The notes under the pieces: generated by a model
The model's database searches: none
The model's input: the letters and a program-made list of their open reading frames with translations, nothing else
What the model was told of the DNA's origin: nothing
From: Candidatus Promineifilaceae bacterium
GTDB taxonomy: Bacteria; Chloroflexota; Anaerolineae; Promineifilales; Promineifilaceae
Direction of reading: 5' to 3'
Assembly: GCA_041987425.1 (NCBI GenBank)
Contig: JBHIWP010000002.1
Location: 18,608-82,607, forward strand
DNA length: 64,000 bases
Translations under genes and position numbers: made by a program
Shown here: positions 32,862-42,862 of the stretch, in pieces
Layout of the letters: each line of letters begins with the position of its first letter
Position numbering within the stretch: position 1 is the stretch's first letter

Positions 32862-35747
32862 CTATTCCTGAATAGTTATTTCGCCAAGTGGGATCCAACT
32901 ATAAACGGCCGTAATCCGCTCATCTAATATTGTCAGTGGACGGTTGGTAAATGCGTCGTAGAGACGCAATATTCCGCTTATGGTTTGCCCTGTGGTTGCC
33001 TTATTATCTACCAAGAGGACAGGGGCGCCCGGAGCTGGCTTTTCGCTCTGACAAAAATCACTAAATGCAGCAGGCTGCGTGCGCGGTGGAAAAACTACCG
33101 TGCGTGGCGACTGCACGCGTGAGCCGTGAATCCATTTAAGAGTGGGAATGCCGCCCATCGCCGGTACACCGTCTACCAGATCGCACCAGGCCCAGGTGAA
33201 GTTGTCTGCCTCCAGCCCCACCAGACGTGTAGAAACCACATAGTCGCGCAGGAGAGGACGGCCGTTTATGAACCGAATCGGCATGGCAAACGCGCCTCCT
33301 GCGGCAAGTGCATCTCGTCCATCAGAGAGGGAATCGCCAAGCCAAACAAGGCCCTGCCCCAAAGGCACATAATGCTCAACTGCGGCAGGCTCGGGTACCA
33401 GCCACCCCGCTTGCGGCACGCCCCAGGGACCAAGCGTCGGCGGCAGCAGGTTGCTCAGCTCTGTTTTTGAGAGGTTGTCGTGGGTGCTGCTCCAATAGCC
33501 GTTTTCATTTCGCCAGTGCAAATAAAGTCGCGTCTGATCTGGCAGCGTTTGATCCCAATCGTAGCCAATGAGCGTCTGCATAGGGTGCGGAGCCACTACT
33601 GGGCGATGCACCGGATTTTGGGTGGCGGGCGGCATGGAGGCCAACGTGACGGGCAGCGTGCCAATTTCGCTAAATTCAGCCCCGCTGCCCAGCCGCAGCG
33701 TGTAATTTCCCGGCCCCTGACGCGGCGTCAGGCGGAACTGAGTGAGCGTAATGCCCTCAACCTGCGGCATTGCCAGGACATCTGCCTGGGCTACAATGCT
33801 GGCTGATTCATCGAGGAGATGGACAAAAAATTGTCGCGGCTGGCTCCCTTGCCAGGCAACTAATAGACGTGATTCCAAACCAATTTCTACTTCAGATTGG
33901 GCCAGGTGATAGCCTAAAATCTTCGCCTCTCCCAGCGTGAGGGTGAGGGGGAGATATTCAGCGGGCAGCTCTGTAAGCGGTGCCTGGCGGAAGAGCAGCG
34001 CTTCACCGAGCGGCTCTGCGCGGGGCAGGGCGCTGTAGGCAGCCTCATCGACGTAGGTGGCAACGACAGAACGGCCGTTTGCCAACCCGGCATTAATCTC
34101 TTCTATCCAGGTCAGACTATATGGGCCTTCACCGGGCGCAACGTATTCAATGTGCACATCCGGCCGGGCGCCCTCTACCGTTTGTAAATACCACAGTGGT
34201 GTGGCCCAGTGCCAGTTAGCCAGAATCAGGCTGTCCGGTGGCGCGTCCTCCAAGATTGTTGTGGCGTAGTCACGTGCGTCTTCCGTATGGTGGAGCCAGC
34301 GATAGCTGGGCCAATGCTGCCACCCCTGCCACACGGCCGTTGTGAAGAGAACGGCCGTCGCCGTGAGCGGAAGCCAGCGTAGAACCACTGGCTGCTTCCA
34401 GGCAGACGTTCCCAGGTGGCCACTGGCTACACCGAGGCAGACGGCCAGGGGTACATAGACTGGCAGCATGTACTCCACCGTTTGCGGAGCGCGGTAGGTG
34501 GCTGTTACGAGCGTGTGCAGCGCAAAGGCGCCGCCCAGCAGCAGCCCCACGCGCCACTGGCGCCGCATCAGAAGCAGCCAGCCTAAAGCCGCCCCAGCCA
34601 GCAGCCAGGGCGAGAACTGAAAGGTAAGCACATTGCCCATTACCTTTAGGCGTGGCCACAGCACGGCAGGATGTACGTAATAGAAGAAGTCTCCCTGAAA
34701 GCCCAGCGCCAGAAAGTGGTTCAAGAAGCCGGAAGCCGTGCTGAGCCCGGCGCTTGCCCCCGGTACATTGGCCCCAGCGCGTAGGGGCAGGTAGAGCAGA
34801 GGCAATAGACCAAGCAGGGCAGCAAGGAACGGCCGTTTCCAACGAGCTGGCGTCTTAATAAAGCCAGGGTCCATGAGCAGCAGGCTCAGGCCAAAGACAA
34901 GCCCCATAAAGGCCAGCGACAGATGGTGCGTAAAGCCGAAGCCGAGGGCAGCGGCGAATAGGATCAGATAACGATCGGTTTGATCCTTTTTTTGCCAATG
35001 GCGCACAAGGGCATAGATAGCCAGCACGGCAAACAGGGCCGTCAGGCTGCGAATGTTGGCGGTTGTGGCCTGTGCCCAAAAAGTGGTGGCGGTTCCCAGG
35101 GCAACGACGGCTGTTACCGCCGCCAGATACCGCTCCGTGAGCCGATACACCGTCAAATAAACCAGTCCCAGGGTGATTGCGCTGGTCAGCGCGGAGAGGA
35201 GATTTATTTTGTATGCAGCCGTAGCCGCCAGGGGCAACCAGGTGCTCAGCTTGCCGAGCAGGGTATAGAGTGGAAAACCAGGTGGGTGCGCCACCCCCAG
35301 CGTGGCTCCCACCAGCTGAAATTCTCCGTTGTCAGCCGGTAGCAGGCCCGGCGCCAGGGTAAGCACATATAGCACAAAAAACAGACCCATACTGCCGTAC
35401 AACCCTAGCTGTAGGGCCTGTTTAGGCGTCAGGATTCGCTGGGGAAAGGGGAGGAACTGGGCCAAAACGGCCGTTACTAAAAGAAGTACGGCGGCAGCGG
35501 CAGACAGGCTGGGATGTGGATAAAAAACGTAGGCCAACAGCAAGAGGAGCGGCCACGTCTGGCTTAGCGGGTGACGGCGTAAGCTAAAAATAGCCAGTAA
35601 CGACAGGCTTGCCGTGAGCAAAATTGCAGCAGCAAGGCTGGCTTCATAATGGATAGCCCACTGTTCGCTCAGAACGCGCCCGCCAAACAACCCCAGCACC
35701 AATGGAGCAAGCAGTGGGGCAATCTTTTCTTTGAGGTTTTGCCACAT
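32862..35747 (-). CDS. DUF2723 / GT-C-fold membrane glycosyltransferase-like protein with a large C-terminal extracytoplasmic domain
   Basis: More than 10 hydrophobic helices in the first 450 aa. A PADNGEFQ acidic loop motif follows early helices, as in PMT/ArnT-like GT-C enzymes. Confidence 0.6.
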   Translation of the reverse strand: MWQNLKEKIAPLLAPLVLGLFGGRVLSEQWAIHYEASLAAAILLTASLSLLAIFSLRRHPLSQTWPLLLLLAYVFYPHPSLSAAAAVLLLVTAVLAQFLPFPQRILTPKQALQLGLYGSMGLFFVLYVLTLAPGLLPADNGEFQLVGATLGVAHPPGFPLYTLLGKLSTWLPLAATAAYKINLLSALTSAITLGLVYLTVYRLTERYLAAVTAVVALGTATTFWAQATTANIRSLTALFAVLAIYALVRHWQKKDQTDRYLILFAAALGFGFTHHLSLAFMGLVFGLSLLLMDPGFIKTPARWKRPFLAALLGLLPLLYLPLRAGANVPGASAGLSTASGFLNHFLALGFQGDFFYYVHPAVLWPRLKVMGNVLTFQFSPWLLAGAALGWLLLMRRQWRVGLLLGGAFALHTLVTATYRAPQTVEYMLPVYVPLAVCLGVASGHLGTSAWKQPVVLRWLPLTATAVLFTTAVWQGWQHWPSYRWLHHTEDARDYATTILEDAPPDSLILANWHWATPLWYLQTVEGARPDVHIEYVAPGEGPYSLTWIEEINAGLANGRSVVATYVDEAAYSALPRAEPLGEALLFRQAPLTELPAEYLPLTLTLGEAKILGYHLAQSEVEIGLESRLLVAWQGSQPRQFFVHLLDESASIVAQADVLAMPQVEGITLTQFRLTPRQGPGNYTLRLGSGAEFSEIGTLPVTLASMPPATQNPVHRPVVAPHPMQTLIGYDWDQTLPDQTRLYLHWRNENGYWSSTHDNLSKTELSNLLPPTLGPWGVPQAGWLVPEPAAVEHYVPLGQGLVWLGDSLSDGRDALAAGGAFAMPIRFINGRPLLRDYVVSTRLVGLEADNFTWAWCDLVDGVPAMGGIPTLKWIHGSRVQSPRTVVFPPRTQPAAFSDFCQSEKPAPGAPVLLVDNKATTGQTISGILRLYDAFTNRPLTILDERITAVYSWIPLGEITIQE

Positions 35748-35853
35748 AAAGGGGATTATAACGTGGTTATGGCAACCAACACCAAGCCAGGTATTATATC
35801 TGACATAAGCTGGCAGGATATGGGGAAATTTACTGTATTAAGGCGACCAAACG

Positions 35854-36036
35854 CTATTGTTCGGCCTGTCGCGGGTACATCTCTTGCGCAATCTCGCTTT
35901 CTTTTGCTTCCCACTCGTCGTAGCTTTCAGACAAACCTTCTTGCCGACTTAATCGGGAAGAAAGCATGAGTGCTGCAACGACTAAAATTGAAGCTAAAAG
36001 CGACAATATAAGCCATACAATGATGATGGTTTGCAT
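35854..36036 (-). CDS. Small single-pass membrane protein
   Basis: 60 aa with an N-terminal hydrophobic helix and an acidic tail. Confidence 0.35.
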   Translation of the reverse strand: MQTIIIVWLILSLLASILVVAALMLSSRLSRQEGLSESYDEWEAKESEIAQEMYPRQAEQ

Positions 36037-36278
36037 ATACTCATTCTTCCAATTTGTTTGGTGCTTTCTCTTCCTATTTTGCAGCGATGCAGATTAAATT
36101 GTATCCTATTTTCTCAAAAAAAAGATTAGTAAACTAAAATTGATCCAATTTGGGGGCGATCTTGAGACGATGACAAGATTGTATACTCAATGTTATACTT
36201 AACTGGACAAATTTTATTAACGGCCGTATTCCTGTAATCGGCTTCTGCTCACACCAGGCAGCTAAACAAAACCAACTC

Positions 36279-38939
36279 ATGACAGAAACTGCGACCCGGT
36301 CTCCACTGGATGATCTGTCTAAGCCAACGTCAGACCGCAAGCCCAAACGATACATTGCCGAGCGATATGAAGTAGTAAACGTGCTGGAAGGCGGCATGGG
36401 GCTCGTCTATCTCTGCCGGGATCATTTTACTTCACAGCTTGTTGCTCTAAAAACATTTCGGCCGGAATTTTTGTCCCATCGCACGGCTCGTGACCTTTTT
36501 TTGCGCGAAGGCACAATGTGGGTAGAAATCGGCCGCCATCCTAATGTGGTGCAGGCGTACCGGGTTGAACGCGTGGGAGACGGCCGTGAAGTTTATTTAG
36601 TGCTGGAATGGATCGTACAGCCGCAGGGTAAAAAATCACCGTCGCTTCGCTCCTGGCTAAAGAAGGGGCACCCCCTGCCTGTGGAGCAGGCTATTTTGTT
36701 TGCCTTGCACGTTGCCCGGGGGATGCGCTTCGCCACTCAGAAAATTCCCGGTCTGGTGCACCGCGATCTAAAGCCAGAAAACATTCTAATTGGGTACGAT
36801 GGCTCGGCCAGGGTAACAGACTTTGGTCTGGCCAGCACCTTATCGGGCCACAGCCCCGGCTCTACCATTGGTTCGTTAGAAAACAGCCGCGAAAATATTG
36901 GCCGAACCCAGCTAACGCAGGGCGTGGCGGGCACGCCGCTTTATATGGCTCCGGAGCAGTGGCGGCACAAGGCGCTGGATGCGCGCGCCGACATTTATGC
37001 TCTGGGCTGTATTTTGTACGAGATGGTGACCGGCCATTTTGCCGCAGAGGGCGAAACGCGTGAAGATTTACGAGAGGTGCATCTACACGGCCGTATCCAA
37101 CCCCTTGATGCTGAACTTCCCCTGCCTCTACGCCAATTTATTGAGCGCTCCCTTTCTATCCCCAAAGAACAGCGCTATCGCGACTGGGCAGAAACGGAAA
37201 AAATGTTGGCGACTGTCTACACGCGCGTTACGGGCAAACCCTCGCCTGCCGAGTGGGATGGGGCTGAAGTAACGCCAGACGAACGCCGGGCTGCTGGTAA
37301 CTCCTACAACACGATGGGGCTTTCTTATCTGGACATTGGGAAGTTAGACGTGGCTGTTATGTACTTTGAGCAGGCTGTCAATGTGGCCCGCGCAGAAAAC
37401 ATCCGTGATCTGGAAGGCAATGGGTTGGGCAATCTGGGGCTGGCCTATGCTGCTTTGGGCTATATTGAGCGTGCCATTGAATTTCATGAGGAACATTTAG
37501 CCATCGCCCGAGAGCTAGGCGACCGGGCGGAAGAGGGACGGTCGCAGGGTAACCTGGGCCTGGTCTATCGCCAAAAAGGCGAGCCTGAGCGGGCGGTGCG
37601 GTATCACGAAAGGGAGCTGCAAATCTTCCAACGTTTGGCCAATCGTTTTAAAGAAGCCGAAGCACTGCATAATTTGGGGGAAACTTACAGGGAGCTGGGC
37701 GAAGCGGCGCGGGCAGAAGATTATTATAAACAGTCGCTGGCAATTGCCCGGGACATTGGCGACCGTACGCGCGTGGAGCGTATTTTGAACAGTATGGGCA
37801 AAGTGTACCTTGATTCTGGCGAGCACAAGGAAGCTGCCCAGCTGTTTAAGCAAACCTTAGTCATTTCGCGCCAGATTGGGGATCGCGTTGGCGAAGGAGA
37901 AGTGCTGGGCAATCTGGGCGAACTGTACCAGGCTTCCGGCTTTACAGATCGGGCCATAGAATATTACAACTACGCCCTGACCATTACCAAAGAAAGCAAT
38001 GATCGGCGGAAGATGATCAAAAATCTGCTGCGTTTGGGAGACCTTTATCTGGTGCAGGAAGATATTGATGCAGCCCTGGCCCATTATGACAAAGGCCTGA
38101 CTGCTGCCCAGGAGATCTCTGACCAGGTGCAGGAGCTGGCAGCTTTTTATAAGCTGGGGATTGCCTTTGATGCGCAGGGCAACTACACGGAATCTGGCCG
38201 GATGTATAAACGTGCTTTGTTGCTGAGCCGAGAGCGGAACAACCGCGAGACGGAACAAATCATGCTGACGAAGCTGGCGAAAGCCTACGAGATGTGGGGA
38301 GATTTCAGCCGGGCCATTACCTACCTGGAGCAAAGTCTGGCGATGGTTCAGGCGCAAAAGGATATTGCTGCACAAAGCTGGCACTGGCGGGAATTGGCTC
38401 ACCTATATCGCAAGCTGAACCAGGTGCGCCCTGCCTTAGATGCCTTTGAGTCTGCACTAAAATTGGTGCGCTCTGTTGAGGAACACAGTGGTGAAGCGGA
38501 GATTTTGGCTGAACTGGGCGATTTGTACCGTGTTATCAATGATCAGTCGCAGGCCATGGATCAATATAAGCTGGCGCTGGATCTCGTTCAGGAACATAAC
38601 TTGCCACTGCAAGAGGCCAACGTTTTGAGCGGCATGGGGATGAGCCAGCAAGAAATGGGAAAAAAGCGGCAGGCATTGCGGGAGCTTGAACGGGGGCTGG
38701 AGGTGGCGAAGAAGGTACGCTCTAGCCGCATGGTGGCTTTGGTGAGCTATCGCCTGGCGCTGGTGTTGTGTAAGCAGGGGCGATGGGATAAAGCAAAACC
38801 ACATGCGCAACTGGCTGCACGTCTATACGGCCGTCTTGGTGACACCACAATGAAAGACCATGCCGAAACGCTTCTCAGCCGCATCCAGCAAAATAAGGGC
38901 AAATCAACCGGATTCTTCCACAACCTGCTAGAGTCTTAA
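36279..38939 (+). CDS. Ser/Thr protein kinase with a long C-terminal TPR array
   Basis: GGMGLVY...VALK, HRDLKPENIL, DFGLA, and APE-like PLYMAPEQ. About 500 aa of 40-residue TPR-like repeats follow. Confidence 0.85.
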   Translation: MTETATRSPLDDLSKPTSDRKPKRYIAERYEVVNVLEGGMGLVYLCRDHFTSQLVALKTFRPEFLSHRTARDLFLREGTMWVEIGRHPNVVQAYRVERVGDGREVYLVLEWIVQPQGKKSPSLRSWLKKGHPLPVEQAILFALHVARGMRFATQKIPGLVHRDLKPENILIGYDGSARVTDFGLASTLSGHSPGSTIGSLENSRENIGRTQLTQGVAGTPLYMAPEQWRHKALDARADIYALGCILYEMVTGHFAAEGETREDLREVHLHGRIQPLDAELPLPLRQFIERSLSIPKEQRYRDWAETEKMLATVYTRVTGKPSPAEWDGAEVTPDERRAAGNSYNTMGLSYLDIGKLDVAVMYFEQAVNVARAENIRDLEGNGLGNLGLAYAALGYIERAIEFHEEHLAIARELGDRAEEGRSQGNLGLVYRQKGEPERAVRYHERELQIFQRLANRFKEAEALHNLGETYRELGEAARAEDYYKQSLAIARDIGDRTRVERILNSMGKVYLDSGEHKEAAQLFKQTLVISRQIGDRVGEGEVLGNLGELYQASGFTDRAIEYYNYALTITKESNDRRKMIKNLLRLGDLYLVQEDIDAALAHYDKGLTAAQEISDQVQELAAFYKLGIAFDAQGNYTESGRMYKRALLLSRERNNRETEQIMLTKLAKAYEMWGDFSRAITYLEQSLAMVQAQKDIAAQSWHWRELAHLYRKLNQVRPALDAFESALKLVRSVEEHSGEAEILAELGDLYRVINDQSQAMDQYKLALDLVQEHNLPLQEANVLSGMGMSQQEMGKKRQALRELERGLEVAKKVRSSRMVALVSYRLALVLCKQGRWDKAKPHAQLAARLYGRLGDTTMKDHAETLLSRIQQNKGKSTGFFHNLLES

Positions 38940-38952
38940 GATTGACAGTTTG

Positions 38953-39954
38953 CTACTGTGTGAAGACTGAGCGCAAGTTAGGTACCAGCTCTGCGGCCGT
39001 TTCAAACCGCTCCCGAATATTGAACAACAAATAAAGACCGGCTTCTCTTGGCGACGCGTGTTTGGCACTGGCCACGCGCAGCTGGTGCGGATTAACGACC
39101 GTGTGCCCGCCTGTACAATCAATGTGCCCCGTCACCAGCACAGATTGGCGGGCAAACCCGTCTGAGAGGGCTTGCAGCATCGTGGTTAGCAATATCTGAT
39201 AGCTGTTGCTGCCGTACTCTTTCTCATTGCGAGAAAACATGGCAGGCCACAATAGCTCAAAATCCTGGTCAGACGTTGCCAGCGTGCCAACTAGAAAATC
39301 GTCGTAGCGAGGATCGTCCAGACCGGTGACGGCAAACCATTTGCGGGCCATCTCGTTGTAGGTACGGCCGTGCATTTTGCGCATGGCCCGAATGAGAGAC
39401 GGCCGTTCTTCCTGGGTAATTTGGGCGCGGGTGCGGGTCAAAATGCTCTGGTGAGAGAAGTTAAACAGCCGCTCTATGCCATTTGTCTCGCCCAGCGCGG
39501 TGCTGGCCCCAGCATGGCAGATAGACACACCACCCGGCGTGCGCACGTAGAAAGGCAGGCCATCGAAAAAGGAGACAATTTTTTGCCGATCGTCCCCCAT
39601 GGCAAATTCAAAGCGAGGCGTAAATAGCTCATCCCCTTTTTGCAGGGTAATGGTGTAAATATGGGGCAGTTCGTGGTTGCCCAACAAATAAATCAGCCTG
39701 TCGCCCAGCTCTTTTTTTAATTCGATAATGTCCAGAACAATCTCAACTGACTTATCTTGGGAGGCGGGGGCACTGGCATGGATCATATCCCCGGCCAAGA
39801 TTAATATATCTGCCTGACCCAGCGAGCGAAGTTGAAAAAAGGTGTCGCGGTACCGCTGGTACGCGTCCCAATCCCCATGAAGATCTGTTACAACCATTGC
39901 CTGACCTTCCGCGAGGTCGGTAATCCGCGTCCAACTTTTATCCGCTATGCTCAA
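38953..39954 (-). CDS. Metallophosphoesterase (PPP-family Ser/Thr phosphatase-like)
   Basis: DLHGD, GDMIH and GNHE motifs in the canonical order. Confidence 0.7.
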   Translation of the reverse strand: MSIADKSWTRITDLAEGQAMVVTDLHGDWDAYQRYRDTFFQLRSLGQADILILAGDMIHASAPASQDKSVEIVLDIIELKKELGDRLIYLLGNHELPHIYTITLQKGDELFTPRFEFAMGDDRQKIVSFFDGLPFYVRTPGGVSICHAGASTALGETNGIERLFNFSHQSILTRTRAQITQEERPSLIRAMRKMHGRTYNEMARKWFAVTGLDDPRYDDFLVGTLATSDQDFELLWPAMFSRNEKEYGSNSYQILLTTMLQALSDGFARQSVLVTGHIDCTGGHTVVNPHQLRVASAKHASPREAGLYLLFNIRERFETAAELVPNLRSVFTQ

Positions 39955-40088
39955 TGCCTACTCCCTGTTCTTGCAATGGCCAAATTTTAGCACATCTCCC
40001 CAACATTTCCCTGGAACCTGAAGTCGAGGTAGCTGTCCAGGCGTAAACTCTTAGGGATGGTTGGCACTATTTTTGGGCAGGCAGATGA

Positions 40089-40370
40089 CTATCGCTGCCG
40101 CTGCTCAAGCTCTTTTTGAATGTCGCTCCAGGAGAGGTCGCGCGATACTAGCAAAACGAGCATATGGTAGAGCAGATCGGCCGTTTCTTCCACAATGCGC
40201 TGATTTCCCTGGCCCTTGGCAGCCAATATTACTTCCACCGCTTCTTCACCAATTTTTTTGATGATCTCATCCTCACCGGTGGTGAGCAGGCTGGCAGTAT
40301 AGCTGTTTGGGGTCGGGTTTTGCTTGCGTTCTTGTAGGGTGGCGAATAGCGCTTCTATAAAATCACTCAT
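40089..40370 (-). CDS. hisE: Phosphoribosyl-ATP pyrophosphatase
   Basis: 93 aa of MazG-like HisE type (SYTASLL...KIGEEAVEV...EETADLLYH). Confidence 0.85.
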   Translation of the reverse strand: MSDFIEALFATLQERKQNPTPNSYTASLLTTGEDEIIKKIGEEAVEVILAAKGQGNQRIVEETADLLYHMLVLLVSRDLSWSDIQKELEQRQR

Positions 40371-40420
40371 TGGCTTACTCTCTCAAGGTGGTTCTGTAAT
40401 TGTGAAAACGAGACTGGATC

Positions 40421-40457
40421 TTGGCGATTGGAAAAGTCTTTAATCTCCAATCTCCAA
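40421..40457. repeat. Heptamer-repeat hairpin (unit TTGGAGA) spanning the hisI stop codon
   Basis: TTGGCGATTGGAAAAG tc TTTAATCTCCAATCTCCAA. The last hisI codons (LEIGD) and the stop lie inside the right arm. Confidence 0.6.
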
Positions 40458-40766
40458 TTGCCTATGAAAACAGCTCATCTCCCCCGTGTGGCAGGCCGGT
40501 CCAGCAGGCTCCACCTGCAGCAGCAGGGTGTCGCCGTCGCAGTCTACGTGGATGTCCTTGACGCGCTGCACGTTGCCGGAGGTACCGCCCTTGTGCCACA
40601 GCTTCTGGCGGCTGCGGCTCCAAAAGTGGGCCTCGCCCGTTTCCAGCGTCAGCCGTAATGCATCGGCGTTCATCCAGGCCACCATCAATATTTCGTGGGT
40701 GGTGTGATGTTGGAGAACGGCCGTAATCAGACCCTTCTCATCAAATTTTAGGCCGTTGAATAACAT
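40440..40766 (-). CDS. hisI: Phosphoribosyl-AMP cyclohydrolase
   Basis: [17 protein letters not shown] and DCDGDTLL motifs. Confidence 0.9.
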   Translation of the reverse strand: MLFNGLKFDEKGLITAVLQHHTTHEILMVAWMNADALRLTLETGEAHFWSRSRQKLWHKGGTSGNVQRVKDIHVDCDGDTLLLQVEPAGPACHTGEMSCFHRQLEIGD

Positions 40767-40804
40767 GCTTCACTTAGAAATTGTTTCTATTCCTTTAAAT
40801 TATT

Positions 40805-41173
40805 TTATATGTTTGGTTGCTGATACCTTTGAATTTCTAAAACATCCCCATTTCGATCTGTCCACTTTTTTGGTTGCAGAGTAATATTTTCAATCATTCC
40901 TGCTGCATACTGTGCCCAGTTGTAAAGTATGCCACCTTGCTTCTCAGCAAGCCAACCTTGTTGCCAAAATTCCTCGAAAAACTCTAAGAACTGTTGTGCA
41001 TCAATGAGATATTCATCTTCGCCGTTATCATCTTGTAGACCACTAGAACATTCAAGAAATTGAAGCTCGATTAGGTGGGTAATTTTGTAGAATAACTTTG
41101 CTCGCCCATTTGACATGCTGGCCGCGAAACGCTTATTTCCATCTTTTAACAAAGCTATAAATATTTTTCCCAT
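40805..41173 (-). CDS. Orphan protein inserted between hisF and hisI (A/T-rich)
   Basis: 122-aa ORF with no motif recognised. Its composition is clearly more A/T-rich than the flanking his genes. Confidence 0.5.
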   Translation of the reverse strand: MGKIFIALLKDGNKRFAASMSNGRAKLFYKITHLIELQFLECSSGLQDDNGEDEYLIDAQQFLEFFEEFWQQGWLAEKQGGILYNWAQYAAGMIENITLQPKKWTDRNGDVLEIQRYQQPNI

Positions 41174-41203
41174 GATTTAATATCGACTAGTTTCCATATT
41201 TAG

Positions 41204-42031
41204 CTATTGTCTAACTGGGATATTTTGCAGCGCCAGGTAATCCTTCACTTCGGCGATGGTGAGCTGTTTGTAGTGAAACAGCGAAGCGGCGAGAGCCGCA
41301 TCCGCGCCGCCTTCCGTCAATGCCTGGGCAAAGTGGTGCAGCGTGCCAGCACCGCCGGAGGCAATGACGGGGATGTTGACCGCGTCGGCAATGGCACGAG
41401 TGAGTTCGATGTCATAGCCTTCTTGCGTGCCGTCCCCGTCCATGCTGGTGAGCAAAATCTCGCCCGCGCCGCGCCGCTCGGCCTCCTTGGCCCATTCGAC
41501 AGCGTCCAGCCCGGTGGGGGTGCGGCCGCCGCTGACGTACACTTCCCAATGGTTAATGGTTAATGGTAAATTGTTAATGCTTAATTGCTGTTCATTCAAC
41601 TGATCACTGCTTACCGAAGCCCGCTCACCAACCCGTCGCGCGTCAATTGCCACCACCACCGCCTGGCTGCCAAAGGCTTCGGCGCCCTGGCTGATGATCT
41701 CCGGGTTGCGCACGGCCGCAGAGTTGATGCTGATCTTGTCTGCCCCGGCGCGCAAAATGCCGCGCATGTCTTCCACCGTGCGGATGCCGCCCCCGATGGT
41801 AAAGGGAATGAACACCTGCTCCGCCACGGCGCGCGCCAGCTCCATCACCGTGTTGCGCGCCTCATGGGTGGCCGTGATGTCTAGAAAAACCAGCTCATCG
41901 GCCCCGGCTTGATCATAAAGCCTGGCCTGCTCCACCGGATCGCCCGCGTCGCGCAGCTCAACAAAGTTGATGCCTTTGACCACACGGCCGTCTTTCACGT
42001 CTAAGCAGGGAATAATGCGTTTGGCTAACAT
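41204..42031 (-). CDS. hisF: Imidazole glycerol phosphate synthase, cyclase subunit
   Basis: [37 protein letters not shown]. Carries a 21-aa repeat-derived insert. Confidence 0.9.
   Translation of the reverse strand: MLAKRIIPCLDVKDGRVVKGINFVELRDAGDPVEQARLYDQAGADELVFLDITATHEARNTVMELARAVAEQVFIPFTIGGGIRTVEDMRGILRAGADKISINSAAVRNPEIISQGAEAFGSQAVVVAIDARRVGERASVSSDQLNEQQLSINNLPLTINHWEVYVSGGRTPTGLDAVEWAKEAERRGAGEILLTSMDGDGTQEGYDIELTRAIADAVNIPVIASGGAGTLHHFAQALTEGGADAALAASLFHYKQLTIAEVKDYLALQNIPVRQ
41549..41611 (-). repeat. Nine tandem heptamers (63 nt) in frame inside hisF
   Basis: The coding strand reads CAGTGAT CAGTTGA ATGAACA GCAATTA AGCATTA ACAATTT ACCATTA ACCATTA ACCATTG, encoding [21 protein letters not shown]. 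Confidence 0.75.
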
Positions 42032-42044
42032 AAAAGCTCTCTTG

Positions 42045-42785
42045 TCAGTCGGCGCGCACGGTATTGAACGCTTCTTGCAGGTCTAAACGGCCGTCATAAA
42101 TGGCACGTCCGGTAATCACCCCAACCACACCATGTTCCGCCTGGGCGTGACAGCGGCGAATGTCTTCCATTGAGGCCACGCCCCCGGAAGCGATGACCTG
42201 CAAGCCCGTCACCTGGCTCAGCTGCACCGTCGCCTGCACATCTACACCGCTTAACACGCCATCACGACCAATGTCGGTGTAGATAATGGTTTTGACCCCG
42301 CGCTCTTTCATATCCTTGCCCAGATCAACGGGATTCATGGCCGTATCGCGCTGCCAGCCTCTCGTCTTAACACGGCCGTTGCGCGCATCTATACCCACCA
42401 ATATTTTACTCTTGCCAAACTTTTCCACGGCTTTGCTAACCAGGTCTGGCTTTTCGATGGCCACCGTGCCCAAAATGACCCGGTTAGCGCCAGCGTCCAG
42501 GGCTCGCGCCACATCATCCAGGCTGCGGACGCCGCCGCCAAACTGCACCTTCACGTCTAGCTGGGCGATGGCAGGCAACGCAGCCCAGTTAGCTGCACTG
42601 GCTTCGTCCAGAGCGCCGTCCAGGTTGACCACGTGCAGCCACCTGGCTCCGGCGTCAACCCATTTTTGGGCCATTTTGACGGGATTATTGCCAAACACGG
42701 TTTCTTTTTCAGGATCGCCATGCTCCAGCCGCACGACACGGCCGTTGCGTAAATCAATAGCGGGGAATATCGTGAACTTACTCAA
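42045..42785 (-). CDS. hisA: ProFAR isomerase
   Basis: [34 protein letters not shown]. Confidence 0.9.
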   Translation of the reverse strand: MSKFTIFPAIDLRNGRVVRLEHGDPEKETVFGNNPVKMAQKWVDAGARWLHVVNLDGALDEASAANWAALPAIAQLDVKVQFGGGVRSLDDVARALDAGANRVILGTVAIEKPDLVSKAVEKFGKSKILVGIDARNGRVKTRGWQRDTAMNPVDLGKDMKERGVKTIIYTDIGRDGVLSGVDVQATVQLSQVTGLQVIASGGVASMEDIRRCHAQAEHGVVGVITGRAIYDGRLDLQEAFNTVRAD

Positions 42786-42803
42786 TGGTACCTCTTGGGA
42801 TGA

Positions 42804-42862
42804 GGTAATTGTGTAATTAAGCGATTGGGTAATTACCCAGTTACTCAGTTACCCAATTACAC
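42804..42862. repeat. Octamer-period repeat hairpin in the hisA-hisH spacer
   Basis: GTAATTGT GTAATTAA GCGATTGG GTAATTAC CCAGTTAC TCAGTTAC CCAATTAC, with a central palindrome GGGTAATTACCC. It overlaps the hisH stop. Confidence 0.6.

Noticed and set aside
33126-35523. Several 64-190-aa ORFs on both strands inside the DUF2723 gene (for example 34270..34842, 34980..35342)
   Set aside because: They are overlapped by a 961-aa membrane-protein ORF with coherent hydrophobic periodicity. The alternatives are Arg/Gly/Pro-rich shadows.
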